Source: Longimicrobiales bacterium
GTDB lineage: Bacteria; Gemmatimonadota; Gemmatimonadetes; Longimicrobiales; Gaopeijiaceae
Reading direction: 5' to 3'
Assembly (NCBI GenBank): GCA_965203485.1
Contig: OZ241892.1
Coordinates: 1,792,001-1,856,000, forward strand
Length of the DNA: 64,000 bases
Both the position numbers and the translations under genes were made by a program. Below are positions 54,401 through 64,000 of this stretch, piece by piece; position 1 is the stretch's first letter; the number at the start of each line of letters is the position of its first letter. The notes below the pieces were generated by a model that saw nothing but the letters and a program-made list of their open reading frames with translations, was not told where the DNA came from and did not search any database.

Positions 54401-57400
54401 TCGTTCGCGTTCGTCACCTTCACCGTCACGCGGACGGTCGACGCGAGGCCGCCGACGTCGGCGGCCGACACGACGAGCGCGTGCTCGCGCGGGCCGGCTT
54501 CGTAGTCTTCGCCCGCGCCGACGTAGCTGACCTCGCCGCTCGTCTCGTCCACCTCGAACAGGCCGCCGCCGCCCTCGCGCAGCCGGTAGTACACCTCGTC
54601 GCCCTCGTCCGGGTCCACGGCGCTCACGGCGCCCACGACGACGGCGCCCGCCACGTTCTCGGCCAGCTCGAACGCGTACGACTCGGCCCCGAACTTCGGC
54701 GGCCGCCCCGGCTCCGGCTCGCCGCCGCCGCCCTCGACCCTGCGCGTCGGATCGCTTGCGAACGCATGGCTGCCCAGCGACAGCGCGGCCGGCGTCGAAC
54801 CGTCGGCGGCCGACACGATCGCGGCGCCGCTCGCGTCCAGCGCGCCGGCGGCCAGCGCGATCCCGTTCGGCGCGCGGTCGTGAGGACGCACCTCGTACGC
54901 GAACTCGACGCGCCGCCCGCTCGCCGACGCCAGCGCGGCGTGAACCGTGCGCGTGCCCATCGCCAGCGCCAGACGCGGGCCGCCCGTCACGCTCACCGGC
55001 CGGTCGAACACGACGGCGATCTCGATCGTCTGGCCGGCGCGCCACCGGCCGCCCGACTGCGGACGGCTCGCTTCGACGCCCGCGACCGCAGGCGGCGACA
55101 CGACGCTGCCGTCCACCAAGTGGCCGCCGACGTTCGTCAGCGCGTGGCCGCCCAGCGACAGTCCAGCCGCCGCCGTGCCGCCCAGCAGCGTGATCGCGCC
55201 GCCGTTCAGCGACAGCGCGCCCGCGCCCACGCTCAATCCGTCCGCGTCGGCGTCCGCCGCCTGAACGGCGTACGCGAACTCGAGCGCCGCGCCCTGCGTC
55301 GCGCCCAACGCGCCGGCGGAACCGCCTGCGCCGCCCGCCGACCCGCCGGCCCAGCGCGCGCCTGCATAGCCCGCCGCGACGCCGGCCCAGCCCGCGCGCG
55401 CGGCGGCGCCGTAGCCGACGACGCGCACGAAGCGCGCCGTGCGCGTCTGCGCGCCGATCGTCAGCGCCAGCTGCGGCGAGCCCGTCACGGCGACGGCGCG
55501 GTCGAAGCGCACGTGCACGCGGATCTCCTCGCCCAGCTCGTAGCGCCCGCCGCCGATCGGCGCGCTCGCCAGCGTCACGCCCGCCACGGCAGGCGCCGTC
55601 TCGGCGCTCCCGTCCACCAGGTGGCCCGCGACGTTCGACAGCGCGTGCGTGCCCAGCGACAGCACCGCCGCCACGCGCCCGCCCGCGATCACGATCGTCC
55701 CGCCGTTCAAGGCCAGCGCGCCCGCCGCGACGCTCACGCCGTCGGCGTCGGCGTCGCCGCCCGCGACGACGTAGCCGAACACCAGCTCGGCCGTGCCGCT
55801 CCCGCTCGCGTAGCCCGCCTGCCGCGTCGCGCTCCCGATGCCCAGCGCCAGCTGCGGCGCGCCCGCAACGTCGACCGGACGGCTGAACGCCAGCGCGACG
55901 GCGATCCGCTCGCTCAACCCGTACGCGCTCCCGTTCGCAGGCGACGAGACCAGCCGCGCGCCCGTCACTACCGGCGCCGCCTCGAGCGTGCCGGCGACGG
56001 CGTGGCCGCTCGCGTTCACTATCGCGTGGCTGCCCAGCGACAGAACCGCCGCCGCCGTGCCGCCCGCGACCACCAGCGTCCCGCCGCTCAGCGACAGCGC
56101 GCCCGCGCCAACGCTGATCCCGTCCCTGTCGGCGTCCGCCGCCTGAACCACGTACGCGAACTCGAGCTCGGACGTGCCGCTCCCGCTCGCGTAGCCCGCC
56201 TGCCGCGTCGCAGCGCCGATGCCGAGCGCCAGCTCGGGCGTGCCCGTCACCGCCACCGCGCGGTCGAAGCGCACCGCCACCCGTATCTCCTCGCCCAGTC
56301 CGTACGACCCGCCGCCCGACGGCGCGCTCGCCAGCCGAGCGCCCGCAACCGCCGGCGCGCCCTCGACGCTGCCGTCCACCTTGTGCGCGCCAGCGTTCGC
56401 AATCGCGCTCGAGCCCAGGCCCAGGCCGGCCGCCGTCGACCCGTCGCGCGCGTCGGCTATCGCGCCGCCGTTCAACGACAGCGCGCTCGCGCCCACGCTG
56501 ATCCCGTCGGCGTCCGCGTCCGCGGATGCGACCACGTAGCCGAACACCAGCGCGCGCGTCCCGCTGCCGCCAGCGTAGCCCGCCTGCTTCGTCGCAGCGC
56601 CGATGCCCAGCGCCAGCTGCGGCGCGCCCGTCACGACGACCGGGCGCGCGAACGTCACCCGTACCTCGATGCGCTCGCTCAACCCGTACGTGTCGCCGCT
56701 CGCCGGCGCGCTCGTCACCGACGCCGCGCTCGGCGACGACGCCGTGAACGTCCCGCCCGCCACCTTGTGGCCCGCGCTGTTCGCCACCGCGTGCGCGCCC
56801 AGGCCCAGCAAAGCGTCGGCCGTGCCGCCCGACACCTTGATCGTCCCGCCGTTCAGCGCCAAAGCGCCCGCCGCGACGCTGATCCCGTCGGCGTCCGCGT
56901 CGGCGGACACGACCACGTACCGGAACGCCAGCGCAGCCGTGCCGCTCCCGCCCGCGTAGCCCGCCTGCTTCGTCGCAGCGCCGATGCCCAGCGCCAGCTG
57001 CGGCGCGCCCGTCACCGCCACCGGCTTGTTGAACTCGACCTCGACCTCGACCGTGTCGCCGCGCTCGAACGTGTCGCCCACCTGCGGCGACCCGATCGTC
57101 ACGCCCATCACCCCCGGCGGGCCGCGCGTCGCGTCCACGCGGTGGCCCGCAGCGTCCGCGACCGCGCTCGACCCCAGGCCCAGCGCCGCCGCCGTCGAAC
57201 CGTCGCGTCCGTCCGCGATCGTCCCGCCGTTCAGCGCCAAAGCGCTCGCGCCGATGCTGAGCCCGTCGGAGTCGGCGTCGCCCGCGACGACCACGTAGCC
57301 GAACGACAGCTGCGGCGTCCCCGTGCCGCCCGCGTAGTCCGCCTGCCGCGTCGCAGCGCCGAACGACAGCGCCAGCTGCGGCGTGCCCGTCACCGCCACA

Positions 57401-60400
57401 GCGCGCGCAAACGTCACCCGAACCTCGATCCGCTCGCCCAACCCGTACGTCGCGCCGCTCGCAGGACTGCTCGCGACCGCCACCCCCGTCACGCCAGACG
57501 CCGTGAACGTCCCGCCCGCCACCTTGTGGCCCGCGCTGTTCGATATCGCGTGCGTGCCCAACCCCAAAGTCGCGTCCAGCGTGCCGCCGGCCAGCCGAAC
57601 CGTACCGCCGTTCAATCCCAGCGCCGTCGTCGCGACGCTCAACCCGTCGGCGTCCACGTCCGCCGTCACCACCACGTAGCGGAACTCGAGCGACGACGTG
57701 CCGCTCCCGCTCGCGTAGACCGCCTGCTTCGTCGCGCTCCCGATCCCCAGCGCCAGCTGCGGCGCGCCCGTCACCGCCACCGCCCGGTTGAACGCCAGCG
57801 TCGCCACGATCGTGTCGCCCCGCTCGAACGTCGTGCCCACCGGCGGCGAGCCGAGCGTCACGCCCGTCACCCCGGGCGGCCCCAGGCTCCCGTTCACCTT
57901 GTGCGCCAAAGCGTTCGATATCGCATGGCTCCCCAGGCCCAGGCCCGCAGCCTCGCTCGCGTCGCGCGCGTCGTCGATCGCACCGCCGTTCAACGCCAGC
58001 GCGGCCGGCCCGACGCTCAAACCGTTCGCGTCGGAGTCCGCAGCCACCACCACGTAGCCGAACGCCAGCGTCTTCGTGCCGCTCCCGCTCGCGTACGACG
58101 CCTGGCGCGTCGAGTCGCCGATCGTCAACGCCAGCTGCGGCGTGCCCGTCACCGCCACGTTGCGGTCGAACGTCACCTCGACCTCGATCCGCTCCGTGCG
58201 ACCGTACGTGCTGTCGCTCGCTGGACTGCTCGATATCGACACCCCGCTCACCGACGACGCCGTGAACGTCGCGCCCGACACGCGCAACGCGCCGTCGTTG
58301 CCGATCGCATGGCGCTCCAGGCTCAGCAACGCGTCCGTCGTCCCGCCCGCAACGTCGATCGTGCCGCCGTTCAGCGCCAGCGCGCTCGCGCCCACGCTCA
58401 ACCCGTCGGCGTCAGCGTCCGCCGTCGCCACCACGTACCGGAACACCAGCGCCGCCGTGCCCGTCCCGCTCGCGTACGCCGCCTGCCGCGTCTGCGCCCC
58501 GATCCCCAGCGCCAGCTGCGGCGTCCCCGTCACGTCCACCGCCTTGTTGAACCGCACCGTCGCAACAATCGTGTCGCCGCGCTCGAACACCGCGCCCGCC
58601 GGCGGCGGCGCCACCGCCAACCCCGTCACCCCAGGCGGGCCCAACCCGCCGTTCACCTTGTGCGACGCAGCGTTCGTTATCGCGTTCGACCCCAAATCCA
58701 GGCTCGCAGCCGTCGCGCCCGGACGCGCGTCGTTGATCGTCCCGCCGTTCAACGCCAGCGCGCCCGCCGCGATGCTGAGCCCGTCCGCGTCCACGTCGGT
58801 CGGACGGACCGCGTACCCGAACACCAGCGTGTCCGCACTGCTCGACGCCGAATCGTAGTCCGCCTGGCGCGTCGCCGTCCCGATCCCCAAAGCCAGTCGC
58901 GGCGTCCCCGTCACCGCCACCGGACGGCTGAACGCCACCTTCACCTCGATAGACTCGCCCAGCTGGTACGTGCTCGCGCTCGCTGGCGCGCTCGACACCG
59001 TCACCGCGCTCACCGAAGGCGTCGTGAACGTCCCGCCCGCAACCTTGTGACCCGCGCTGTTCGTCACCACCACGCCCGCGCCCAGCCCCAGCGTCGCGTC
59101 CAGCACCCCGCCGGCGACCTTGATCGTTCCGCCGCTGAGCGCCAATGCGCTCGCTGCGATGCTGATCCCGTCCGCGTCGGCGTCGCCCGCCGCCACCACG
59201 TACCGGAACACCAGCGTGTCCGTGCCCGTCCCGCTCGCGTAGTCCGCCTGCCTGGTCGCGCTCCCGATGCCCAGCGCCAGTTGCGGCGTCCCCCCCACGT
59301 CCACCGGCCGGCTGAACACCACCGACACCTCGATCGTCTCGCCGCGCTCGAACGTCGTGCCCGCCACCGGCGAGCCGATCGACAGCGACGCCACGCCCGG
59401 CGGGCCCAGGCTCCCGTTCACCTTGTGCGAACGATCGTTCGCGACCGCATGGCTGCCCAAACCCAGGCTCGCCGCCGCCGTGCCGTCGCGCGCGTCGTTG
59501 ATCGCGCCGCCGTTCAACGCCAGCGCGCTCGCTCCGATGCTGATCCCCGTCGAGTCCGCGTCCGCAGCCACCACCACGTACCGGAACACGAGCGTCCGCG
59601 TCCCGCTCCCGCTCGCGTACGCCGCCTGCCGCGTCGCCGTCCCGATCCCCAGCGCCAGCTGCGGCGTCCCCGTCACCGTCACCGCGCGCACGAACTCGAC
59701 GGCCACCTCGATCCGCTCCGTGCGTCCGTACGTGCTGTCGCTCGACGGCGCGCTCGTGATCGCCACCCCGCTCACCGACGCCGCCGTCAGCGTCCCGCCG
59801 TCCACCTTGTGGCCCGAGCTGTTCGTCACCGCGTGGCCGCCCAACCCCAGCACCGCGTTCGTCGTCCCGCCCGCCTGCCGTATCGTCCCGCCGTTCAAGC
59901 TCAAAGCGTTCGCCGCTATGCTGATCCCCAGCGTGTCCGCGTCCGCAGCCACCACCACGTACCGGAACACCAGCGTGTCCGTCCCCGTCCCGCTCGCGTA
60001 CGACGCCTGCCTGGTCAGCGTGTCGACCGCCAGCGCCAGCTGCGGCGTCCCCGCAACGTCCACCGCCCGGTTGAACGCCACCGCCACCTCGATCGCGTCG
60101 CCTCGCTCGAACACGTCGCCCGACGGCGGCGACCCGATCGACAGACCGCTCACCACCGCACCAAGGCTCCCGTCCACCTTGCGCATCCCGTCGTTCGCAA
60201 TCGCCAACCGCCCCAACCCCCAAAACGGCGGCCGCACCGAATGCTGCGACTGCACGTTGCCGCCCGTGATCGCGTTCGCCGCGATGCTGATCCCGTCCGC
60301 GTCAGCGTCCGCCGCCTGTACCACGTAACGGAACCTCAGCGGGTTGTAGGTGTTGCCGCCCCCGAGCACCATCGACGCCTGCCGCGTCTGCGTCCCGATC

Positions 60401-63400
60401 CCCAGCGCCAACTGCGGCCCCGCGCCGCTGACCAGGACGGCCGTGTGGCTCAACGACACCGTCACCTCGATCGTCTCGCCCACACCGTACGTGCCACCCG
60501 AACCCGGACTGCTCACCGCAATCCCGCTCACGCCCGCCCTGTGCGTCGGATTCGTCGCCGTGCCCGTGTAGGCGCGCCCAAAGTCCAGCAACGCCGCATC
60601 GCTGCTCCCCGCACGCCGGATCGTGCCGCCGTTCAGAGCCAGAGCATCGCGCGCCACGCCGATCCCGTCGTCGTCCCTCGGGTCGTAGCCGTGCATCTGA
60701 TAACGAAAAACCAGCGTCGCCGTCCCCGTCCCGCTCGCATACGCCGCCTGCCTAGTCGCCGTCCCGATCACGATCGCCACCTGCGGCGTGCCCACAACGT
60801 CCACCGCCGCGCTGAACTCGACCGTCACCTGCATCCAGTCGCCCGCCACGAACTGATTCCATTGGCTCGTCGGCGGAACGGTGTTCAACGTCACCGACAG
60901 CACGCGAGCCGGCCGCACGCGGCTCCCGTCCACCTTGTGGCCCGTACTGTTCGAAACCGCGCTCGATCCCAAACCCAGACCCGCAGCAACCGAAACGTCG
61001 CGCGCGTCCGCTACCGTGCCGCCGTTCAGCCCCAGCGCGCCCGCCCCGATGCTCAACCCGTTCGTGTCCGCGTCCGCAGCCACCACAGCGTACCGGAACA
61101 ACAGCGTGTCCGTCCCCGTCCCGCTCGCGTACGACGCCTGCCGCGTCGAGCTCCCGATCCCGATCGCCAGCTGCGGCGTCCCCGTCACCGCCACCAGCCG
61201 CGTGAACGCCACCGCCACGTCGATCGTGTCGCCCAGCAAGTACGTGTCGCCGCCCGACGGAACGCTCGCCACCGACACACCGCTCACCGACGCCGCCGTC
61301 AGCGTCCCGCCGTCCACCTTGTGCCCGGCGCTGTTCGTGATCACGTGCCACGTCTGCAACTCCAGCAATGCGTTCGCCGTGCCGCCCGTCACCGCAATCG
61401 TGCCTCCGTTCAAGCCCAATGCGCCCGCGCCCACGCTCAACCCGTCCGCGTCAGCGTCCCCGGACGCCACCACGTACCGGAACGCCAGCGACCCCGACCC
61501 GCTGCCAGACGCGTAGCTCGCCTGCCGCGTCGCCGTCCCGATCGTCAGCGCCAGCTGCGGCGTCCCCGTCACCGTCACCCACCGCCCGAAACTCACCCTC
61601 GCCTCGATCGTGTCGCCCCGCTCGAACACGTCGCCCGTCACCGGCGACCCCAACGACACCCCCGTCACCACCGGCCGGTCGCCCGCCACCTTGTGCGCCG
61701 CCGCGTTCGCAATCGCATGGCTGCCCAATCCCAGCGCCGCCGCCGCCGAGCCGCCCGCTATCTCGATCGTCCCGCCGTTCAATGCCAACGCGCTCGTCCC
61801 GATGCTCACCCCGTCCGCGTCGCTGTCCGACGGCCCCACAGAATACTGGAACGTCAGCGTGCTCGTGCCCGTCCCGCTCGCGTACCCCGCCTGCCGAGTC
61901 GCCGCCCCGATCCCCAATGCCAACTGCGGCGTGCCCACAACGTCCACCGCACGGTCGAACGCCACCTCGACTCGGATCGCCTCGAACCGGTGGTACGTCG
62001 AATCCGTACCCGCGTCGCTCGCAATCGCCACACCGCTCACCCCAGGCGCCACCTCCTTCGTCCCGTCCACCTGGAACAACGCCGAGTTCGCGAAGTTCCA
62101 CGGCGCCAACGACAAGTTCGCGCCCGTCGTGCTCCCCGTCGCTCGAAGCGTCGCGCCGCCCGGCAACGTCAATGCGTTCGCGCCGACGCTGATCCCGTCC
62201 GAATCGCTGTCCGCAGCCACCACCGTGTAGCAGAACACCAACACGTTGGCTCCTGTCGTATCGCACAGCACAGCGCTCCGCGTCTGCGTGCCAATCCCCA
62301 ATGCCAAACGCGGCGTCCCCGTCGCCGTCACCGCCACGCCGAAGCTGACCGCCGCGCGTATCTCGTCGCCAAGACCGAACACGCTGTCCGTGCTCGCATA
62401 CGTCAACCCCGTGTTCGCCGGCGTCACGAAGAACACGCCCGACACCGTCGGCGGGCCGCCCAACACCTTGTGCGCCGCCGCGTTCGCGATCGTGTGAACC
62501 TGCAAACCCAAGTACGCGTTCACCGTCGCCGACCCCGCCCGCCGGATCGTCCCGCCGTTCAGAGCCAACGCGCCCGCGCTCACGCTCAATCCGTCCACGT
62601 CCTCGTCCCCAGGCGCCACCACGTACCGGAACACCAGCGAATCGCCCCCCGTCCCCGTCGCGTAGCCCGCCTGCTTCACCGCCGACCCGATCCCCAATGC
62701 CAGCTGCGGCGTGCCCGTCACGTCCACGTTCTCGTTGAACACCAACCCGACCTCGATCGTGTCGCCCGACGCATACGTGCTGTCGTTCCCCGCGTCGCTC
62801 GCAATCACCGTGCCCGTCACGTGAGGCACCGCCTGAGCGCCGTTCACCTTGTGCGCCGCCGCGTTCGCGATCGCGTGGCTGCCCAGACCAAGGTTCGCGA
62901 CCGCCGATCCGCCTGCTATCTCGATCGTCCCACCGTTCAGAGCCAAAGCGCTCGCGCCGATGCTCAACCCGTCCGAGTCGCTGTCCGTCAGCACAACCGT
63001 GTAGCGGAACCTCAAGGAGCGAGTTCCGGTGCCCGCCGCGTAGCCAGCCTGTCGCGTCTGCGTCCCGATCCCCAGCGCCACCTGCGGCGTCCCCGTCGCG
63101 TCCACCGGGCGGTCGAAGTCGACCTTGACCTCGATCGTGTCGCTTGCCCCGTACGTCGAGTCGGCGCCCGCGTCGCTGCTGATCGTCACGCCGCTCACGT
63201 TCGGCGCCGCCTCCTGGGCGCCGTCAACCTGGAAAGCTATGTCGTTCGTGACCTCGAATCCGGCCAGCGACACGTTCGCGTCCGTCGTCGTCCCCTGCCG
63301 CCGAATGTAGGCCCCCGACCCGGTAGGAAACGTCAGCGCGTTCGCGCCGATGCTGATCCCGTCCGAGTCCATGTCCGCCGCCACGACCGTGTAGCAGAAT

Positions 63401-64000
63401 AACGCAAACCTGGCGGCGCGGGCGCACCCCGGGGCCTGCCGCGTCTGCGTCCCGATCCCCAGCGCCAGTTCCGCATGTTGCGTCTGCGTCGTCAGAATAT
63501 CAACGTTCGTGTTGAACCCAACGGCCACCCAAATCTGGTCCCCAAGCCCGAACACGCTGTCCGTGCTCGCAAAGAACTTCTGCACCCCCAGCGGGGTCAC
63601 GAAAAACATGGCCGTCACGTAGGGCACGTCGCCCGTCACCTTGTGCCCCGACGCGTTCGAGATCGCGTTCGTCCCCAACCCCAAGTTCGCGGCCGTCGTG
63701 CCGCCCGCGATCCGGATCGTCCCGCCGTTCAGCGCCAGCGCGCTCGCGCCGATGCTGATCCCGTTCGCGTCGCTGTCCGTCAGCACAACCGTGTAGCGGA
63801 ACCTCAAAGACTTGGTGCCCGAGCCCGCCGCGTAGTCCGCCTGCCGCGTCAGCGTGTCGATCCCCAGCGCCACACGCGGCGTTCCCGTCACGTCCACCGG
63901 ACGGTCGAAGTCGACCTTGACCTCGATCGTGTTGTCTTCGGCGTACGCGCTGTCAGCGCCCGGGTCGCTGCTGATCGTCACGCCGCTGACGTTCGGCGCC
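51427..64000 (-). CDS. Giant repetitive surface adhesin with autotransporter-like C-terminus (5' end beyond window)
   Basis: Frame is open to the window edge. 24 Ig-like repeats of about 125 aa, four cadherin domains, one further Ig domain, a helical linker ([15 protein letters not shown]) and a beta-barrel-like C-terminus (WTVWGR, LGADY, VHPY, RVRLAPE). Confidence 0.9.
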   Translation of the reverse strand, partial: APNVSGVTISSDPGADSAYAEDNTIEVKVDFDRPVDVTGTPRVALGIDTLTRQADYAAGSGTKSLRFRYTVVLTDSDANGISIGASALALNGGTIRIAGGTTAANLGLGTNAISNASGHKVTGDVPYVTAMFFVTPLGVQKFFASTDSVFGLGDQIWVAVGFNTNVDILTTQTQHAELALGIGTQTRQAPGCARAARFALFCYTVVAADMDSDGISIGANALTFPTGSGAYIRRQGTTTDANVSLAGFEVTNDIAFQVDGAQEAAPNVSGVTISSDAGADSTYGASDTIEVKVDFDRPVDATGTPQVALGIGTQTRQAGYAAGTGTRSLRFRYTVVLTDSDSDGLSIGASALALNGGTIEIAGGSAVANLGLGSHAIANAAAHKVNGAQAVPHVTGTVIASDAGNDSTYASGDTIEVGLVFNENVDVTGTPQLALGIGSAVKQAGYATGTGGDSLVFRYVVAPGDEDVDGLSVSAGALALNGGTIRRAGSATVNAYLGLQVHTIANAAAHKVLGGPPTVSGVFFVTPANTGLTYASTDSVFGLGDEIRAAVSFGVAVTATGTPRLALGIGTQTRSAVLCDTTGANVLVFCYTVVAADSDSDGISVGANALTLPGGATLRATGSTTGANLSLAPWNFANSALFQVDGTKEVAPGVSGVAIASDAGTDSTYHRFEAIRVEVAFDRAVDVVGTPQLALGIGAATRQAGYASGTGTSTLTFQYSVGPSDSDADGVSIGTSALALNGGTIEIAGGSAAAALGLGSHAIANAAAHKVAGDRPVVTGVSLGSPVTGDVFERGDTIEARVSFGRWVTVTGTPQLALTIGTATRQASYASGSGSGSLAFRYVVASGDADADGLSVGAGALGLNGGTIAVTGGTANALLELQTWHVITNSAGHKVDGGTLTAASVSGVSVASVPSGGDTYLLGDTIDVAVAFTRLVAVTGTPQLAIGIGSSTRQASYASGTGTDTLLFRYAVVAADADTNGLSIGAGALGLNGGTVADARDVSVAAGLGLGSSAVSNSTGHKVDGSRVRPARVLSVTLNTVPPTSQWNQFVAGDWMQVTVEFSAAVDVVGTPQVAIVIGTATRQAAYASGTGTATLVFRYQMHGYDPRDDDGIGVARDALALNGGTIRRAGSSDAALLDFGRAYTGTATNPTHRAGVSGIAVSSPGSGGTYGVGETIEVTVSLSHTAVLVSGAGPQLALGIGTQTRQASMVLGGGNTYNPLRFRYVVQAADADADGISIAANAITGGNVQSQHSVRPPFWGLGRLAIANDGMRKVDGSLGAVVSGLSIGSPPSGDVFERGDAIEVAVAFNRAVDVAGTPQLALAVDTLTRQASYASGTGTDTLVFRYVVVAADADTLGISIAANALSLNGGTIRQAGGTTNAVLGLGGHAVTNSSGHKVDGGTLTAASVSGVAITSAPSSDSTYGRTERIEVAVEFVRAVTVTGTPQLALGIGTATRQAAYASGSGTRTLVFRYVVVAADADSTGISIGASALALNGGAINDARDGTAAASLGLGSHAVANDRSHKVNGSLGPPGVASLSIGSPVAGTTFERGETIEVSVVFSRPVDVGGTPQLALGIGSATRQADYASGTGTDTLVFRYVVAAGDADADGISIAASALALSGGTIKVAGGVLDATLGLGAGVVVTNSAGHKVAGGTFTTPSVSAVTVSSAPASASTYQLGESIEVKVAFSRPVAVTGTPRLALGIGTATRQADYDSASSSADTLVFGYAVRPTDVDADGLSIAAGALALNGGTINDARPGATAASLDLGSNAITNAASHKVNGGLGPPGVTGLAVAPPPAGAVFERGDTIVATVRFNKAVDVTGTPQLALGIGAQTRQAAYASGTGTAALVFRYVVATADADADGLSVGASALALNGGTIDVAGGTTDALLSLERHAIGNDGALRVSGATFTASSVSGVSISSSPASDSTYGRTERIEVEVTFDRNVAVTGTPQLALTIGDSTRQASYASGSGTKTLAFGYVVVAADSDANGLSVGPAALALNGGAIDDARDASEAAGLGLGSHAISNALAHKVNGSLGPPGVTGVTLGSPPVGTTFERGDTIVATLAFNRAVAVTGAPQLALGIGSATKQAVYASGSGTSSLEFRYVVVTADVDADGLSVATTALGLNGGTVRLAGGTLDATLGLGTHAISNSAGHKVAGGTFTASGVTGVAVASSPASGATYGLGERIEVRVTFARAVAVTGTPQLALSFGAATRQADYAGGTGTPQLSFGYVVVAGDADSDGLSIGASALALNGGTIADGRDGSTAAALGLGSSAVADAAGHRVDATRGPPGVMGVTIGSPQVGDTFERGDTVEVEVEFNKPVAVTGAPQLALGIGAATKQAGYAGGSGTAALAFRYVVVSADADADGISVAAGALALNGGTIKVSGGTADALLGLGAHAVANSAGHKVAGGTFTASSPSAASVTSAPASGDTYGLSERIEVRVTFARPVVVTGAPQLALGIGAATKQAGYAGGSGTRALVFGYVVASADADADGISVGASALSLNGGAIADARDGSTAAGLGLGSSAIANAGAHKVDGSVEGAPAVAGARLASAPSGGGSYGLGEEIRVAVRFDRAVAVTGTPELALGIGAATRQAGYASGSGTSELEFAYVVQAADADRDGISVGAGALSLSGGTLVVAGGTAAAVLSLGSHAIVNASGHAVAGTLEAAPVVTGARLVSSPANGSAYGLSERIAVALAFSRPVDVAGAPQLALGIGSATRQAGYASGSGTAELVFGYVVAGGDADADGVSVAAGALALNGGTIVIAGGRVAAVLSLGTHALSNVAGHLVDGSAETAPAVAGVTLASAPIGGGRYELGEEIRVHVRFDRAVAVTGSPQLALTIGAQTRTARFVRVVGYGAAARAGWAGVAAGYAGARWAGGSAGGAGGSAGALGATQGAALEFAYAVQAADADADGLSVGAGALSLNGGAITLLGGTAAAGLSLGGHALTNVGGHLVDGSVVSPPAVAGVEASRPQSGGRWRAGQTIEIAVVFDRPVSVTGGPRLALAMGTRTVHAALASASGRRVEFAYEVRPHDRAPNGIALAAGALDASGAAIVSAADGSTPAALSLGSHAFASDPTRRVEGGGGEPEPGRPPKFGAESYAFELAENVAGAVVVGAVSAVDPDEGDEVYYRLREGGGGLFEVDETSGEVSYVGAGEDYEAGPREHALVVSAADVGGLASTVRVTVKVTNANEAPAFERASWTFELAENAAGPIVLGTVSATDPDEGEALSYSLVSGGGGLFELDASSGAVRYVGAGEDYETGPREHALAVAVADAGGLRAAAGVVIAVADADEAPVFEQASWTFELAENAAGPVVLGTVSATDPDEGEALSYSLVSGGGGLFELDASSGAVSYVGAGEDYETGPREHALVVAATGADGLAAQAAVVVTVADVNEAPVFEQASWTFELAENAAGPLAVGAVAAADEDEGDVLSYSLVSDGGGLFELDASSGAVRYVGAGEDYETGPREHALVVAATDRGGLAATANATVVVTDVNEAPEATAQIAVAALDAHGAAVQETLDAYFRDPDGDALAYAAESSDTAVAAASVAGGVLTIQPFAIGTASVTVTATDPGGLAAEQTVAVVVEASRSERARVLEGALAAFGRSLGAEAVDVIGGRLGIESAGGLGRSHLQLGGRAVGCDGGFAQRAEDRVGAAGAAAQAGAGAETGARACGWQALARAASGLLGVQVALPSAGGLGGAPSAGALDPAALLFGGPGAGAGGLGGPAGGGLGMGGDYRGQQEPAAATPGGVTLNPLSGGDLLERSSFQLSLGGGAASDSGAFGAQDAAGLRPGWTVWGRAGMGGYEGRPADGLRFDGGRARSAHLGADYRFASGLLVGVAGARSSFETEFESAVNGAGSVAASLTSVHPYVHWSPTGGLGLWALAGAGTGDATLEETAGGRFGADIAMLMGALGARRELAGGIALKADAFSVRVRSDDAADLAGVTARAHRVRLAPEVAKTWALGGEASLRTRLELGARLDAGDAETGLGAEAGGEASFDHAPTGLSVAMRGRALLAHQAEGLREWGAGVSLRLQPGGGAEDGLSLSVEPAWGAGAGATGELWRQGAAALEPAVQTAPTAAPSGWAPGRMAMELGWGVALDNGATITPFGRWSQDAGAGQRFNAGARFSLLGPSAQSGTGVHSPADPAQSLRFLLHLYGEHASSPLEPPQRRLGIAGAIQLR
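53495..54705 (-). repeat. Four tandem cadherin domains, 303-bp period
   Basis: NEAPxF...ELAEN...ATDPDEG...DYE motifs; near-identical DNA at 53740, 54043 and 54346. Confidence 0.9.
54735..64000 (-). repeat. Array of at least 24 Ig-like repeats ([27 protein letters not shown]...D.DADG.....AL.LNGGTI)
   Basis: Counted by eye from the translation. Confidence 0.9.

Noticed and set aside
51274..63402. 4042-aa plus-strand ORF
   Set aside because: Arg/Ala/Pro-rich antisense shadow of the repetitive adhesin; stop-codon scarcity in high-GC DNA explains it.

Overview
High-GC bacterial chromosomal window. Gene content and protein style suggest Gemmatimonadota, possibly a host-associated (sponge-type) lineage; this taxonomy is inference only. 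It is mostly housekeeping genes: lspA, tmRNA, dusB, selB, recO, metK, prepilin peptidase, TrmH, thiD, PNP and nupC, followed by a proteostasis cluster (dnaK, degP, tRNA-Leu, tig, clpP, clpX, lon, engB) and, converging on it, hslV-hslU-argF-gcvT-sigma54 activator. Three accessory elements interrupt this backbone. (1) A lower-GC Type II R-M pair (beta-class amino-MTase plus NotI-family endonuclease) in which each gene is split by its own copy of the same 1346-bp IS3-family element; the copies are inverted, have intact 3-bp target duplications, and both genes can be rebuilt in frame. (2) A defence island with a Type III Mod/Res pair, an orphan winged-helix-like ORF, a truncated SNF2/DrmD-like helicase stub and an AAA-ATPase/nuclease. 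(3) A giant (>4,180 aa, 5'-truncated by the window) autotransporter-like adhesin with at least 24 Ig-like repeats and 4 cadherin domains. The most striking non-coding signal is upstream of dnaK: three copies of the palindrome CCTGCCA-AAA-TGGCAGG exactly 42 bp apart, followed by a sigma54 -24/-12 promoter. This suggests an enhancer-driven sigma54 heat-shock circuit, with a candidate pseudo-receiver activator encoded behind hslVU in the same window.
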